From an uncultured Verrucomicrobiota bacterium (GTDB lineage Bacteria > Verrucomicrobiota > Kiritimatiellia > CAIKKV01 > CAITUY01), in contig CAZDUS010000002.1 of NCBI GenBank assembly GCA_964508705.1, positions 67,552 to 131,551 of the forward strand: a stretch of DNA of 64,000 nt, read 5' to 3'. Within the stretch, counting starts at the first letter, position 1. Each line of letters opens with the position of its first letter. Made by a program: the position numbers and the translations under genes. Positions 36,649 through 47,030 of the stretch are shown piece after piece. The notes under the pieces are model-generated. The model did not search any database. It saw nothing but the letters and a program-made list of their open reading frames with translations, and was not told where the DNA came from.

Positions 36649-37971
36649 CTATGCTTTGACATAGCCCCATTCGCGCAGTCGTTGCCGCGCATAACGGGCA
36701 TAGTCGCCTTCACCGCCGGATTTCAAGTATCGGGCGTAGCAGTCTGCGGCCTGGTCGCGGCGACCCATGCCCTCGAGACTGCGTCCTTGGAAGAAGATGG
36801 TGTTGGGGTTGCCCGGCAGTAGTGTTTCGTAGCGATGAAACGACTCATAGGCCTTGTCGTACTGGCGGAGGGAGATGGACGCCATCCCATTCACATAGCA
36901 GGCTTGAGGCTCGGATGGATAAACGTCCTGGGCCTGCCGGGCATAGCGTTGGGCTTCGCCAAATTGTTTTGTGGCCAACTCATGACGGGCCATCAATAAC
37001 AGTCCGGCGTAATCGTCGGGAGCCAGCTTCAGAGCCTGGCCCAGCAATGTCCGGCCTTCGTTGGCGTGACCTTCCGCAAGGGCTTCATCGCCTTTCTGCA
37101 TGGTTTCGATGGCTTCGCGCCGGGCACGCAGTGCGGTTGTCCTGTCCATATAGCGCTCGCGGTCCAAGCGTTGGGTTTTTGCCGAGGCATAGGTGTTTTC
37201 CGCTTTTGAGACCGAAGTCTTGAATCGTTCCTCACTCATGGGGTGAGTGGAAAAAAGCAATTGGACGGCGCTCGCATTACTGTGTCCCAGTTGTTTCAAG
37301 AGATCCATCAGGTCAATCATCCCCTGGGGTGTGTAGCCAGCCTTGACCAAATAATCGAGACCCAGCGAATCGGCCTCACGTTCATCATCGCGGCTGTAAC
37401 GGGCCAGTAAAGCGCCGGCCCCCAGGCCACCCAGTCCCAAGGCGAGTAGTGCATGGTCGCGATCTGATTTTCCCAAGGCGATTGCGGCTCCAACGGCGGC
37501 AACTTGAGTCACAACGCCACGCGTCATGGCTTGGGCGGTGTGTCTGGCATTGACGTGGCCGATTTCGTGGCCCAGCACGGCGGCCAGTTCTGCCTCGCTT
37601 TCCATTCTTAAGAGCATCCCGCGAGTGATAGCCATACTGCCACCCGGGAAGGTGTAGGCGTTAACATAGACCGCATTCACGCCACGGTAGGAGTAGGGCA
37701 TATTGGGGCGGTGCGATACACCGGCCACGGACCGGCCGACTTCTGTGATGTAGGCATTCAACTCCGCATCCTGTAAGGCGCCAAAATCAGCGGAGAATTG
37801 GTGTGGAGCAGCTTCACGATCCTTGGCGATCTCTCCGGATTCGCCGATAAAATCCACCATTTTCCGGCCCGTTACGGGGTTTGTAGCGCATCCGGTCAGT
37901 AAAGCCAGTGATGACGCGGACGACAGGGTGATGAAGTCCCGGCGGGAAAGTGTTCGATATGAATTGGTCAT
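36649..37971 (-). CDS. M48-family zinc metalloprotease with C-terminal TPR repeats (BepA-like)
   Basis: HEIGHVNARH (HExxH) and TPR-like repeats in the C-terminal half. The N-terminus SRRDFITLSSASSLALLTGC combines a twin-arginine motif with a lipobox. Confidence 0.85.
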   Translation of the reverse strand: MTNSYRTLSRRDFITLSSASSLALLTGCATNPVTGRKMVDFIGESGEIAKDREAAPHQFSADFGALQDAELNAYITEVGRSVAGVSHRPNMPYSYRGVNAVYVNAYTFPGGSMAITRGMLLRMESEAELAAVLGHEIGHVNARHTAQAMTRGVVTQVAAVGAAIALGKSDRDHALLALGLGGLGAGALLARYSRDDEREADSLGLDYLVKAGYTPQGMIDLMDLLKQLGHSNASAVQLLFSTHPMSEERFKTSVSKAENTYASAKTQRLDRERYMDRTTALRARREAIETMQKGDEALAEGHANEGRTLLGQALKLAPDDYAGLLLMARHELATKQFGEAQRYARQAQDVYPSEPQACYVNGMASISLRQYDKAYESFHRYETLLPGNPNTIFFQGRSLEGMGRRDQAADCYARYLKSGGEGDYARYARQRLREWGYVKA

Positions 37972-38145
37972 AGTTGTGCCCTTATTACGGTGCTGAGTTG
38001 ATAAGCGCCACAGAGGGGAAAATACACCAGAAAGGGCTTGTGTGCCAATAGGTGATGCGATAGTTTCGTTTTAGCCGCAAGGCAATCGGTTTGTCTGTTA
38101 GAACGCGTGACAGTCACCAACAAAAGTCCAATGCAGGGGTGAATT

Positions 38146-38760
38146 ATGGCGGAAGAATTGCAGCATCTTATTGACCGTATTCAGAAGGATGGTATCGCAA
38201 AAGCGGAGGCGGAAGCGGGGCGGATTGTGGCCCAGGCCAAGGAGGACTCTGCGGCCATTATCCGCGAGGCGGAGATCAAGGCACGGGAACATACGGCTGG
38301 CGCGGAGAAAGACGCAGAACTCTTTGCGGAGCGGGGGCGCAAGTCATTGGAGCAGGCGGCCCGTGATGTTGTGCTGCTGGTGAATCAGGCTGTGAGCGAT
38401 ACCTTGAAGCGTATTGTGGACGCTGATGTCGGGAAGGCCCTGACTCCCGATGTGATGAAGCAGATGATGGTCAAACTTGTGGAGACGTATGGCGCAAACA
38501 AGGGTGACTCGGTGGAGATTGATTTGCTGGTAAATCCTGCCGATCAGAAGGTCATTGTCGATTTTTTCCTGAAGGAATTCAGGTCAGCGCTTGAAAAGGG
38601 TGTTGAAATACGCGCGGATGCCGGTGTCTTGTCCGGGTTCAGGGCTTCGATTGAAGGAGCGCATGTTCATCATGAGTTCACCCGCAAGGAAATTGCCGAG
38701 GCGCTTTGCCGACTAGTGAGGCCGCGTCTGGCGGAAATCGTGAAGGGGTCGATCCGGTAG
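38146..38760 (+). CDS. ntpE: V-type ATPase subunit E
   Basis: 204 aa with an N-terminal long charged helix (IQKDGIAKAEAEAGRIVAQAKED...). It is the first gene of the V-ATPase operon. Confidence 0.75.
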   Translation: MAEELQHLIDRIQKDGIAKAEAEAGRIVAQAKEDSAAIIREAEIKAREHTAGAEKDAELFAERGRKSLEQAARDVVLLVNQAVSDTLKRIVDADVGKALTPDVMKQMMVKLVETYGANKGDSVEIDLLVNPADQKVIVDFFLKEFRSALEKGVEIRADAGVLSGFRASIEGAHVHHEFTRKEIAEALCRLVRPRLAEIVKGSIR

Positions 38761-38803
38761 CGGGAAGAGAGCCGATGAGGGGATCGGCCATCAAAGTCAC
38801 AGA

Positions 38804-39337
38804 ATGAACTATTATTACCTTGTTGCGAGTTTGCCGATGCTGACGTTAAGTAAGGAGCCCGCGCTGGATGCGGATGCTTTCCTTGCGTTATGTCGAGCGC
38901 ACCTGACCCAGGACGATCAGTTGGCGATGGAGGCTTTGTTGCAACGGGGTGGCGAGGGGAGCAATCATCCCTTCATTGTGGCGTGGCGTGATGATGAGAC
39001 GCGACTGCGCAACGCGGTGGCGCGGGTCCGTGCCGGCAGGCGCGGAGTGGAGGCAGAGTCTTACTTGAGACCCGTGAACGGGGTTGATCTCGCCTTAAGT
39101 CACGCTGTGGATGACGCGTTTGGGCGCGGCACCCCGGCGGAACGGGAGCTGGAGATTGATCGCATCCGATGGCATCGGATTGAAGCGTTGGCCGGACTGG
39201 ATGTGTTTTCGCCAGCGTCGGTGTTGGCTTATGGGTTGAAACTGAAACTTGCCAGCCGGTGGGCGCAATTGTCGACGGAGGCGGGGCGGCAGAGGCTGGA
39301 GGATTGGGTAACCACGGCGGCGGTTGAGTCGCCATGA
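38804..39337 (+). CDS. DUF2764-like protein (subunit C-equivalent of bacterial V-ATPase operons)
   Basis: 177 aa with MNYYYLVASLP at the N-terminus. It lies between the E and A subunit genes, as in Bacteroidota/Chlamydia-type operons. Confidence 0.6.
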   Translation: MNYYYLVASLPMLTLSKEPALDADAFLALCRAHLTQDDQLAMEALLQRGGEGSNHPFIVAWRDDETRLRNAVARVRAGRRGVEAESYLRPVNGVDLALSHAVDDAFGRGTPAERELEIDRIRWHRIEALAGLDVFSPASVLAYGLKLKLASRWAQLSTEAGRQRLEDWVTTAAVESP

Positions 39338-39353
39338 AAGAGGACGGGAAACA

Positions 39354-41084
39354 ATGAGTACGAGCGGAAGGATCATGGGCGTGAACGGGAATATGATTAC
39401 CGTTCAATTTGAAGGCGCCGTGGGCCAGAATGAGGTTGGTTACGCGCGACTTGGGACACTCCGGTTGATGTCCGAGGTTGTACGGGTCCGGGGAAGTTAT
39501 GTGGACATGCAGGTGTTCGAAGACACCACTGGTTTGGCGGTGGGGGACAGCGTTGAGTTTAGCGGAGAGTTGTTGACCGTGGAACTGGGGCCGGGTCTGT
39601 TGACGCAGATATTTGATGGCTTGCAGAATCCACTGCCCAGCCTTGCGGAGAAATGCGGATTTTTCCTCGAGCGCGGAACCTATCTTCCTGCATTGCGGAG
39701 AGACGCGACATGGGTTTTCACTCCAAGCGTGAAGGTTGGTGACCGGGTAACGGCAGGGGAAACACTGGGTGCAGTGCCGGAGGGCATCTTTCAGCATCGA
39801 ATCATGGTTCCGTTCGGCATGGTGGGGGTGTTGACCGTTGAGGAAATCGCGGTTAAGGGATCTTACACGGTGGATCAGAAGGTGGCGAAGCTCAAGGATG
39901 AGCAGGGAGAGGTTCATGAGGTCGCCATGATGCAGAGGTGGCCGGTAAAGATTCCGATCCGCGCCTATGCTGAACGGCTGAGGCCGACGGAGTCGCTGAC
40001 GACGAAGATTCGCATTATCGACACGTTTTTCCCTGTGGCGCGTGGTGGAACGTATTGCATTCCCGGACCGTTTGGCGCCGGGAAAACTGTATTGCAGCAG
40101 TTGACGAGCCGTTATGCCGATGTGGATGTTGTGATTGTGGCGGCATGCGGCGAGCGGGCCGGGGAGGTGGTGGAGACATTGCGTGAGTTCCCGACCATCA
40201 CGGATCCGAGAACAGGGCGCAGTTTGATGGAGCGGACGGTTATTATCTGCAATACCAGTTCAATGCCGGTGGCGGCGCGCGAAGCGTCGGTGTACACGGC
40301 GGTGACGCTGGCAGAGTATTATCGTCAGATGGGGCTCAACGTGTTGTTGCTTGCGGATTCAACGTCGCGGTGGGCGCAGGCCTTGCGCGAGATGTCGGGG
40401 CGGCTAGAGGAGATTCCGGGCGAAGAGGCGTTTCCAGCTTATCTAGAGTCGGTGATTGCCAGTTTTTATGAACGTGGCGGCGTGGTGACTTTGAAGGATG
40501 GATCAAAGGGGTCCGTGACGATTGGCGGGACGGTGAGTCCGGCGGGCGGAAATTTTGATGAGCCGGTGACGCAGTCCACGCTCAAGGTGGTAGGTGCGTT
40601 CCACGGGCTGTCACGGGCGCGGTCCGATGCGCGGCGCTATCCGGCGATTGATCCGCTTGATAGTTGGACCAAGTATGCGGGCGTGGTGTCGGAGAGTGAA
40701 GTTGCATTGGCGAGGAATGTGCTGGTGCGAGGCAATGAGGTCGGGCAGATGATGAAGGTGGTAGGGGAGGAAGGGACCATGATTGATGATTTCATCGTTC
40801 ATCTTAAAGGGGAATACCTTGATGCCGTCTATCTGCAACAGGATGCCTATCATGAGGTGGATTGCGCGACGCCAGCCGAACGGCAGCGGCATGTCTTCAA
40901 GACCATGGGGAAGATATTGAAAGCGAAGATGCGGTTTGCCGACAAGGATGGGGCTCGGCAATTTTTCCATCGTCTGGCCCAGATGACGCGGGATTGGAAC
41001 CGCATGGCGATGGAAACTGAGGAATTCAAGCAACAGCAGGCCCGGTTGGAGGGTGTGCTAGCGGAGGTGACCGGACATGCATAA
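39354..41084 (+). CDS. ntpA: V-type ATPase catalytic subunit A
   Basis: GPFGAGKTV Walker [16 protein letters not shown], and the non-homologous insertion typical of A subunits. Confidence 0.95.
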   Translation: MSTSGRIMGVNGNMITVQFEGAVGQNEVGYARLGTLRLMSEVVRVRGSYVDMQVFEDTTGLAVGDSVEFSGELLTVELGPGLLTQIFDGLQNPLPSLAEKCGFFLERGTYLPALRRDATWVFTPSVKVGDRVTAGETLGAVPEGIFQHRIMVPFGMVGVLTVEEIAVKGSYTVDQKVAKLKDEQGEVHEVAMMQRWPVKIPIRAYAERLRPTESLTTKIRIIDTFFPVARGGTYCIPGPFGAGKTVLQQLTSRYADVDVVIVAACGERAGEVVETLREFPTITDPRTGRSLMERTVIICNTSSMPVAAREASVYTAVTLAEYYRQMGLNVLLLADSTSRWAQALREMSGRLEEIPGEEAFPAYLESVIASFYERGGVVTLKDGSKGSVTIGGTVSPAGGNFDEPVTQSTLKVVGAFHGLSRARSDARRYPAIDPLDSWTKYAGVVSESEVALARNVLVRGNEVGQMMKVVGEEGTMIDDFIVHLKGEYLDAVYLQQDAYHEVDCATPAERQRHVFKTMGKILKAKMRFADKDGARQFFHRLAQMTRDWNRMAMETEEFKQQQARLEGVLAEVTGHA

Positions 41085-42411
41085 GGTTTATCATCGGGTT
41101 GACAACATTGCGGGCAACGTTGTGAACGTCAAGGCGCCCGGGGTTAAGTATCGCGAATTGGCGGAAATCACGTCGCGCCGCGGGACATCACTGGCGCAGG
41201 TTATCCGGTTGCAGGGCGATACGGTTTCGTTGCAGGTGTTTGCCGGGGGGCGTGGTATCGCCACCGATGCCCATGTGCGGTTTCTTGGGCATCCGATGCA
41301 GGTGCCGTTTTCTGACTCCCTGCTGGGCAGGGTGTTCACGGGTAGCGCCATGCCGCGCGACAAGGGGCCGGCGCTGAAGGATAACCTGATCGATATTGGC
41401 GGTCCCTCGGTGAATCCAGCCAAGCGTATTATTCCGCGACGGATGGTCAGGACGGGGATTCCGATGATTGATGTGTTCAACACGCTGGTTGAATCCCAGA
41501 AACTGCCGATTTTCGCGCGGGCAGGGGAGCCGTATAATGCGCTGTTGTCGCGAATCGCCTTGCAGGCCGAGGTGGACGTTATTGTTCTGGGCGGCATGGG
41601 GTTGAAGCACGATGACTACCTTGCGTTCCGTGACTCCCTGGAAGAGCAGGGGGCGATGTGGCGCACGGTGATGTTTGTCCATACGGCGGCGGACCCTGTG
41701 GTGGAATGCCTGCTGGTGCCCGATATATGCCTTGCGGTGGCGGAGCAGTTCGCGCTGGCGAACAAGCGGGTGCTGGTGCTGTTGACTGACATGACCAATT
41801 TTGCCGACGCCTTGAAGGAGATTTCCATTACCATGGAACAGGTGCCGGCCAATCGGGGCTATCCGGGCGATCTCTATAGCCAGTTGGCGGCCCGCTACGA
41901 GAAGGCGGTTGATTTTGATACCGCCGGGTCGATTACCCTGCTGGCGGCGACCACGATGCCGGGCGATGATGTGACGCATCCTGTGCCGGACAATACGGGC
42001 TATATCACTGAGGGGCAGTTCTACCTACGGGGAGGGCGCATTGAGCCGTTTGGTTCGCTTAGCCGTCTCAAGCAGTTGGTTAACGGCAAGACGCGCGAAG
42101 ATCACCGGACCATCATGAATTCGATGATCCAATTGTACGCTGGGTATCGGGAGACACTGGAAAAGCAGTCGATGGGATTCCGGATGAGCTCGTGGGACCA
42201 GAAGCTCCTGAAATTCGGGACGCTGTTTGAGAAGGAGATGATGGATCTGTCGGTCAATATTCCGCTGGAAGGAGCGTTGGAATTGGGCTGGAAGTTGTTG
42301 GCGGATTGTTTCGATCCGGTGGAGACAGGGATTCCTTCTAAGCTAATTGAGAAGTTCTGGCCGAAGCAGAAGCATGCGGCGCAGGTTGAATCCGGCAAGG
42401 CGAGCGCTTGA
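41077..42411 (+). CDS. ntpB: V-type ATPase subunit B
   Basis: 444 aa with the typical B-subunit core ([30 protein letters not shown]). Confidence 0.95.
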   Translation: MHKVYHRVDNIAGNVVNVKAPGVKYRELAEITSRRGTSLAQVIRLQGDTVSLQVFAGGRGIATDAHVRFLGHPMQVPFSDSLLGRVFTGSAMPRDKGPALKDNLIDIGGPSVNPAKRIIPRRMVRTGIPMIDVFNTLVESQKLPIFARAGEPYNALLSRIALQAEVDVIVLGGMGLKHDDYLAFRDSLEEQGAMWRTVMFVHTAADPVVECLLVPDICLAVAEQFALANKRVLVLLTDMTNFADALKEISITMEQVPANRGYPGDLYSQLAARYEKAVDFDTAGSITLLAATTMPGDDVTHPVPDNTGYITEGQFYLRGGRIEPFGSLSRLKQLVNGKTREDHRTIMNSMIQLYAGYRETLEKQSMGFRMSSWDQKLLKFGTLFEKEMMDLSVNIPLEGALELGWKLLADCFDPVETGIPSKLIEKFWPKQKHAAQVESGKASA

Positions 42412-42428
42412 TCTGATAAGTCATTGTC

Positions 42429-43079
42429 ATGGCCAAGATTAAACATACGAAGAATGAGTTAAAGACGCAGAGGGAGTCGTTGCGCCGCTATGAACGTTTC
42501 CTGCCGATGTTGCAGTTGAAGAAGATGCAACTGCGGATGGAACTTCAATCCATTGACGCCCAGATAAGCGAGAAGCGCGAGCAGGAACGTGATGTGCTGG
42601 CTTCGGTGGAGCGATGGGTTCGTCTGTTTTCCGAGCCTGTGGAGTTGGCGTCCTTAACGCGGATTGAGCGGGTTGTCGTGGCTGAGAGTAATGTGGCTGG
42701 TGTTGCGGTGCCGATCCTCAAGGATGTGGTTTTTGTGCGCGCGGAGCAGGACTTGTTCCTGACCCCATCGTGGCTGGATGAGGCTGTGGATGTGATGGAG
42801 CAACTGGTGCAGGCCAGGATAGAGGTTCGGATTTTACAGGAGCAACACCGCTTGATTGGAGAGGAGCTGAGGACAACCTCCCAACGAGTGAACTTGTTTG
42901 AAAAGGTGAAGATACCTGAGGCGAGAGACAATATCCGGGTGATCAAGATATTCCTGGGCGATCAACAGACGGCGGGCGTGGCGCGGGCCAAGTTTGCGAA
43001 GGGGCGCGCGGAGGACATGGAGGGTGACACTTACTCGTTGGCGGCGGTGGGAACCGTCGGGAAGGAGGGGGCCCCATGA
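42429..43079 (+). CDS. ntpD: V-type ATPase subunit D
   Basis: 216 aa with a coiled-coil N-terminus (KHTKNELKTQRESLRRYERFLPMLQLKK) typical of subunit D. Confidence 0.9.
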   Translation: MAKIKHTKNELKTQRESLRRYERFLPMLQLKKMQLRMELQSIDAQISEKREQERDVLASVERWVRLFSEPVELASLTRIERVVVAESNVAGVAVPILKDVVFVRAEQDLFLTPSWLDEAVDVMEQLVQARIEVRILQEQHRLIGEELRTTSQRVNLFEKVKIPEARDNIRVIKIFLGDQQTAGVARAKFAKGRAEDMEGDTYSLAAVGTVGKEGAP

Positions 43080-44857
43080 TTGTCCCGATGAAGCGCGTTA
43101 CTCTTTTGAGTTTCCAGCCGGATCAGGAGCTTACGCTGAATGTACTCCGTGAGATGGGGGTTCTACATGTGACTCCTGTAGTGGTTCCGGACAGTGATGA
43201 CTTGAGTAAGGTCCAGGTAAAACTTGCTGAGGGGCGAGAGGCCTTGCAATTGCTTTCGAGCATCAAGGGCGGGGTCGAGGCGCATACTGCTGGTGGCACT
43301 GCGGCGATGGCTGTGGATGATGTGATTTCCGCCGTGAGAGATGAAACCCGAAGGCAGAAGGATTTGTCTGTGCGGATTGAGGGACTTGAACGCGAGGAGG
43401 AAGCGGTAAGGCCATTCGGGTCGGTTGAGCCAAGTGCTTTGCAGGCACTGGCTGACGCAGGGGTGACAGTGAAGTTGTGCCAGATGGCTGCGACGTTGCC
43501 GATCCCGGTTGTGCAAGGGGCTTTGGTTCAGGTGATTGACGAGGGCAAGCGTGAACGTACGCTGGCGATTGTGTCGAGGGAGGAAGTGGATTGTCCCGGG
43601 CGTGAGTGCGCGTGGCCCGCACGGCCATTGGGATCCATTCAGCGCGAACTTGGCGAGACACGCGGTGCTCTGGAGCAATCGAGGACTGTGTTGTCGGGGC
43701 TGGCTGTTCATTCGGGGGCCGTGAGGGAACGAGTTGTTGAGCTTGAGACTGTGGAGCAATTCGCGCTTGTGAGGGATGGGATGGGGGCATGGGACCGGAT
43801 CAATTATCTTACGGGATATTGCCCGGCTGAGCGCGTGACTGAATTGCAGGCAGCGGCGAAGCAACATGGATGGGGGTTGATGGTTCGTGATCCCCAAGCT
43901 GATGATCAGGTGCCAACGTTGTTGCGAAACTCGCGGTGGGTTCAGCCAATCAAGGCTGTATTCGACATGCTGGGGATATTGCCCGGCTATCGTGAGATTG
44001 ATGTAAGTGTGTGTTTTCTGCTCTTCTTCAGTTTGTTCTTTGCCATGTTGGTTGGGGATGCCGGGTATGGCGCCATCTTTTTGGGTCTAACGGTAATGGC
44101 GCGGCGCAAGATGCCGAAGGCACCGGTTCAGCCGTTCGCGTTGATGATTGTGATGTCGATTGCGACCATGGTTTGGGGCGTGTTGACGGGAACGTATTTC
44201 GGGATTGCCGAGATACCACTGGTCTTGAAGAGTTTGAGGATTGACTGGTTGACCAACGAGGAGAATCTCAAGCTGTTATGTTTTGTCATTGGGACGGTGC
44301 ATCTAATGGTGGCACATGCCTGGAATGGGCTGGTGAATCGCCGTTCCCTGACGGCACTGGCCCAGTTGGGCTGGGTGGGGACCACGCTTTGCATGTTCTA
44401 TCTATCAAGGTTCATGGTGTTGGGCGTGGATATGCCATCGTTCGTGTGGCCGGTGATGGCGGGTAGCGTGGTGTTGATTGTCCTGTTCATGACCCCGGTG
44501 AAGGCGCTGAAGGACGAGTGGTTTAATCATGTGATGTTGCCGTTGAGCGTTGTCAGCAATTTCATGGATGTCATATCCTATGTCCGGTTGTATGCGGTGG
44601 GGATGGCGTCGTTGGCGCTGGCTATGGCGTTTAATGAGATGGCGGCGGGGTTTGGAACTGGTGTCGGGGCGCGCATGGCGGCTGTTGTGGTTTTGTTTCT
44701 TGGGCATGCGTTGAATCTGGTGCTGGCGGGGATGGGTGTGATGGTGCATGGGGTCCGGTTGAATGCGCTGGAGTTTTCGTCGCATATTGGATTGTCTTGG
44801 ACGGGAGTGGCTTTTCGTCCCTTTGCGGGCAAGAAGGAATTAGCGAAGGCGGAGTAG
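43076..44857 (+). CDS. ntpI: V-type ATPase subunit I (a-subunit, membrane stator)
   Basis: 593 aa with a soluble N-terminal half and a polytopic C-terminal half containing the conserved SYVRLYAVGMAS segment. Confidence 0.9.
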   Translation: MIVPMKRVTLLSFQPDQELTLNVLREMGVLHVTPVVVPDSDDLSKVQVKLAEGREALQLLSSIKGGVEAHTAGGTAAMAVDDVISAVRDETRRQKDLSVRIEGLEREEEAVRPFGSVEPSALQALADAGVTVKLCQMAATLPIPVVQGALVQVIDEGKRERTLAIVSREEVDCPGRECAWPARPLGSIQRELGETRGALEQSRTVLSGLAVHSGAVRERVVELETVEQFALVRDGMGAWDRINYLTGYCPAERVTELQAAAKQHGWGLMVRDPQADDQVPTLLRNSRWVQPIKAVFDMLGILPGYREIDVSVCFLLFFSLFFAMLVGDAGYGAIFLGLTVMARRKMPKAPVQPFALMIVMSIATMVWGVLTGTYFGIAEIPLVLKSLRIDWLTNEENLKLLCFVIGTVHLMVAHAWNGLVNRRSLTALAQLGWVGTTLCMFYLSRFMVLGVDMPSFVWPVMAGSVVLIVLFMTPVKALKDEWFNHVMLPLSVVSNFMDVISYVRLYAVGMASLALAMAFNEMAAGFGTGVGARMAAVVVLFLGHALNLVLAGMGVMVHGVRLNALEFSSHIGLSWTGVAFRPFAGKKELAKAE

Positions 44858-44912
44858 CGCCGTTGACGTAATAACGAGTAAATAACAGAGACTGAAAGGA
44901 GCGGGTGGGAGT

Positions 44913-45368
44913 ATGGATGCAGCAACGATGATGGGATTGTGCAAAGTGGGAGCGGCAATGGCGCTGGCGTTGGGTGCGGTCGGGTCGGCGCTAGGAGTGG
45001 GTTGTGCGGGACCGGCGGCGGTGGGCGCATGGAAGAAGCTCTATGTGCAGGGCAAGGCGGCGCCGTTTGTGTTCGTGATCTTCATTGGCGCACCGTTGTC
45101 ACAGACGATTTACGGGATGTTGCTGATGAATTTCATCCTGAAAGCGGCGGCGGCTGATCCCACCCGTTGGCTGGGGTATCTGGGGGTAGGGTTCTTTGGT
45201 GGTTTAGGAATAGGGTTTCCTGCCTGGTTCCAGGGTAAGATCGGAGCCTGCGCGGCGGATGCAATGGGGGAATCGGACAAGGGATTGGGCAATTACATCA
45301 TGGCGCTCGGTATCATAGAGTCCGTTTCGATCTTTGTGTTGATATTCGTGATGTCAGTACTCAAGTAG
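44913..45368 (+). CDS. ntpK: V-type ATPase proteolipid subunit K (4-TM c-subunit)
   Basis: 151 aa in four hydrophobic helices, with a single carboxylate in the last helix (GIIESVS). Confidence 0.9.
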   Translation: MDAATMMGLCKVGAAMALALGAVGSALGVGCAGPAAVGAWKKLYVQGKAAPFVFVIFIGAPLSQTIYGMLLMNFILKAAAADPTRWLGYLGVGFFGGLGIGFPAWFQGKIGACAADAMGESDKGLGNYIMALGIIESVSIFVLIFVMSVLK

Positions 45369-45425
45369 TTGAATGCAGTGGGGAGTTGGAGTACATCTGC
45401 GAGTTCTGGCATAGATTGACTATTT

Positions 45426-45477
45426 GCAGGGGTGCCGCTTGCCGACACCCGCAGGCGTCGGCAAGAGACGCCCCTGC
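45426..45477. repeat. GC-rich imperfect palindrome (21-nt arms, 10-nt loop) containing GGCAAGAGACGCCCCT
   Basis: GCAGGGGTGCCGCTTGCCGAC / GTCGGCAAGAGACGCCCCTGC pair at 18 of 21 positions plus one G-T. Related motifs occur at 53535-53554 and 61401-61418. Confidence 0.8.
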
Positions 45478-45607
45478 GAGATTGAGCAATCTAAATGCCG
45501 AATAAACTCGAGATGCGCCAAGGGCGTTATAGGTCAAAGGTGTGGTGATTGACTTCGTGGTTGGCCGGACGTATAGTAAAGCGTTCTTACGAAAGCGGGG
45601 GTTAAGT

Positions 45608-46285
45608 ATGATCTTTGGGATAATTGTAGCGGCAGGCAAGAGCGAACGCATGGGCGCCGATGTTGACAAGGCGTTCTTATCGCTCGGGACGCGTCCGGTT
45701 CTGGCCTATTCACTTACGGCCTTTGAGCAGTGCCCAATGATTGATGGCGTGATTTTGGTGGTTCGCAAGGATCGTGTGGATTCCGCACGCGGGCTGGTTC
45801 AGGTGTTCGGGTGCGCCAAAGTGCGCAAGGTGATTGCCGGCGGAGCGACACGGCAGGCCTCGGTCCAGAAGGGACTGGCGGAACTTGGGGATGACGTTGA
45901 CATTGTGGCGATCCATGACGGAGCGAGGCCTTGTGTGACGTCCCGGATTATCGAAGACACGATTCGATCGGTGCAGAGTCACGGCTCCGGTGTCGCGGCG
46001 GTCAAAGTTGTGGACACGATTAAAGAGGTTGAGCGGAACATGGTGGTGACCAAGACCGTGGACCGCAGTAAACTGTGGGCAGTCCAGACGCCTCAAAGTT
46101 TCAGGTTGGATTTGATTAATAAGGCGTACAAAGAGGTAGGGAAGAAGAAGCTGATGGTAACGGATGAGGCATCCGCGGTTGAGGCTCTTGGGGAGAAGGT
46201 TTATTTAGTGCCCGCATCATCCTCCAACATCAAGATCACAGCACCCGAGGACCTAACCTTGGCGGCAATGATTCTAAAGGTTTGA
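45608..46285 (+). CDS. ispD: 2-C-methyl-D-erythritol 4-phosphate cytidylyltransferase
   Basis: MIFGIIVAAGKSERMG N-terminus and VAIHDGARP. ATG at 45608 is preferred. Confidence 0.9.
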   Translation: MIFGIIVAAGKSERMGADVDKAFLSLGTRPVLAYSLTAFEQCPMIDGVILVVRKDRVDSARGLVQVFGCAKVRKVIAGGATRQASVQKGLAELGDDVDIVAIHDGARPCVTSRIIEDTIRSVQSHGSGVAAVKVVDTIKEVERNMVVTKTVDRSKLWAVQTPQSFRLDLINKAYKEVGKKKLMVTDEASAVEALGEKVYLVPASSSNIKITAPEDLTLAAMILKV

Positions 46286-46295
46286 AGAGACCGAA

Positions 46296-47030
46296 ATGGC
46301 TAACGAAAAGTACGCAATATTGGGTGATATTCACGGAAACTGGGAAGCGCTTACCGCTGTTCTGGAGGACGCAAAGTCCCAGAACATCACGCACTTCATG
46401 TGCGTAGGGGATACGGTGGGGTACAACGCAAATCCCGCGGAATGTCTGCACAAGATACGGGAACTGGAAGCGGTTTGTGTGCGGGGAAATCACGATCACT
46501 ACTGTTCACACGATGAATGTATACGGGATTTTCACCCGTTGGCCGCGAATGTGGTGGATTGGACGCGGAGTCAGCTTACTGAAGATGACGTTCAATTTCT
46601 GCGACAGCAGAAGTTGGTGAGAGTTGTGAATGGATTCACGCTGGTGCACAGCACGCTGGATATGCCCGAAAAGTGGGGGTATGTGTTTGAGGAGTTGGAG
46701 GCGGAATCCAATTTCAGTTATCAGTCCACGTCGGTATGTTTTTATGGTCACACCCATCATCCGGTTGTGTTTGAGAAGTCGGGCCAGGTGCGGCGATTGA
46801 ATGGTAGCGCGCCTGTGGTGATCACGCTTGGGAAGAAGTATTTCGTTAACGTCGGCAGTGTGGGCCAGCCGCGTGACGGAGACAACCGAGCGGCGTACGC
46901 CATCTATGACACGATGGCGCGGAAGGTGGAGATCAGGCGCGTGGCGTATGATATAGCCACCACGCAGAGGAAGATTATTGACGCTGGCTTGCCTGAACGA
47001 TTGGCCCTTCGACTTGAAGCGGGGGTCTAG
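46296..47030 (+). CDS. Metallophosphoesterase family protein
   Basis: ILGDIHGN, VGDTVGY, GNHD and GHTH motifs. Confidence 0.8.
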   Translation: MANEKYAILGDIHGNWEALTAVLEDAKSQNITHFMCVGDTVGYNANPAECLHKIRELEAVCVRGNHDHYCSHDECIRDFHPLAANVVDWTRSQLTEDDVQFLRQQKLVRVVNGFTLVHSTLDMPEKWGYVFEELEAESNFSYQSTSVCFYGHTHHPVVFEKSGQVRRLNGSAPVVITLGKKYFVNVGSVGQPRDGDNRAAYAIYDTMARKVEIRRVAYDIATTQRKIIDAGLPERLALRLEAGV

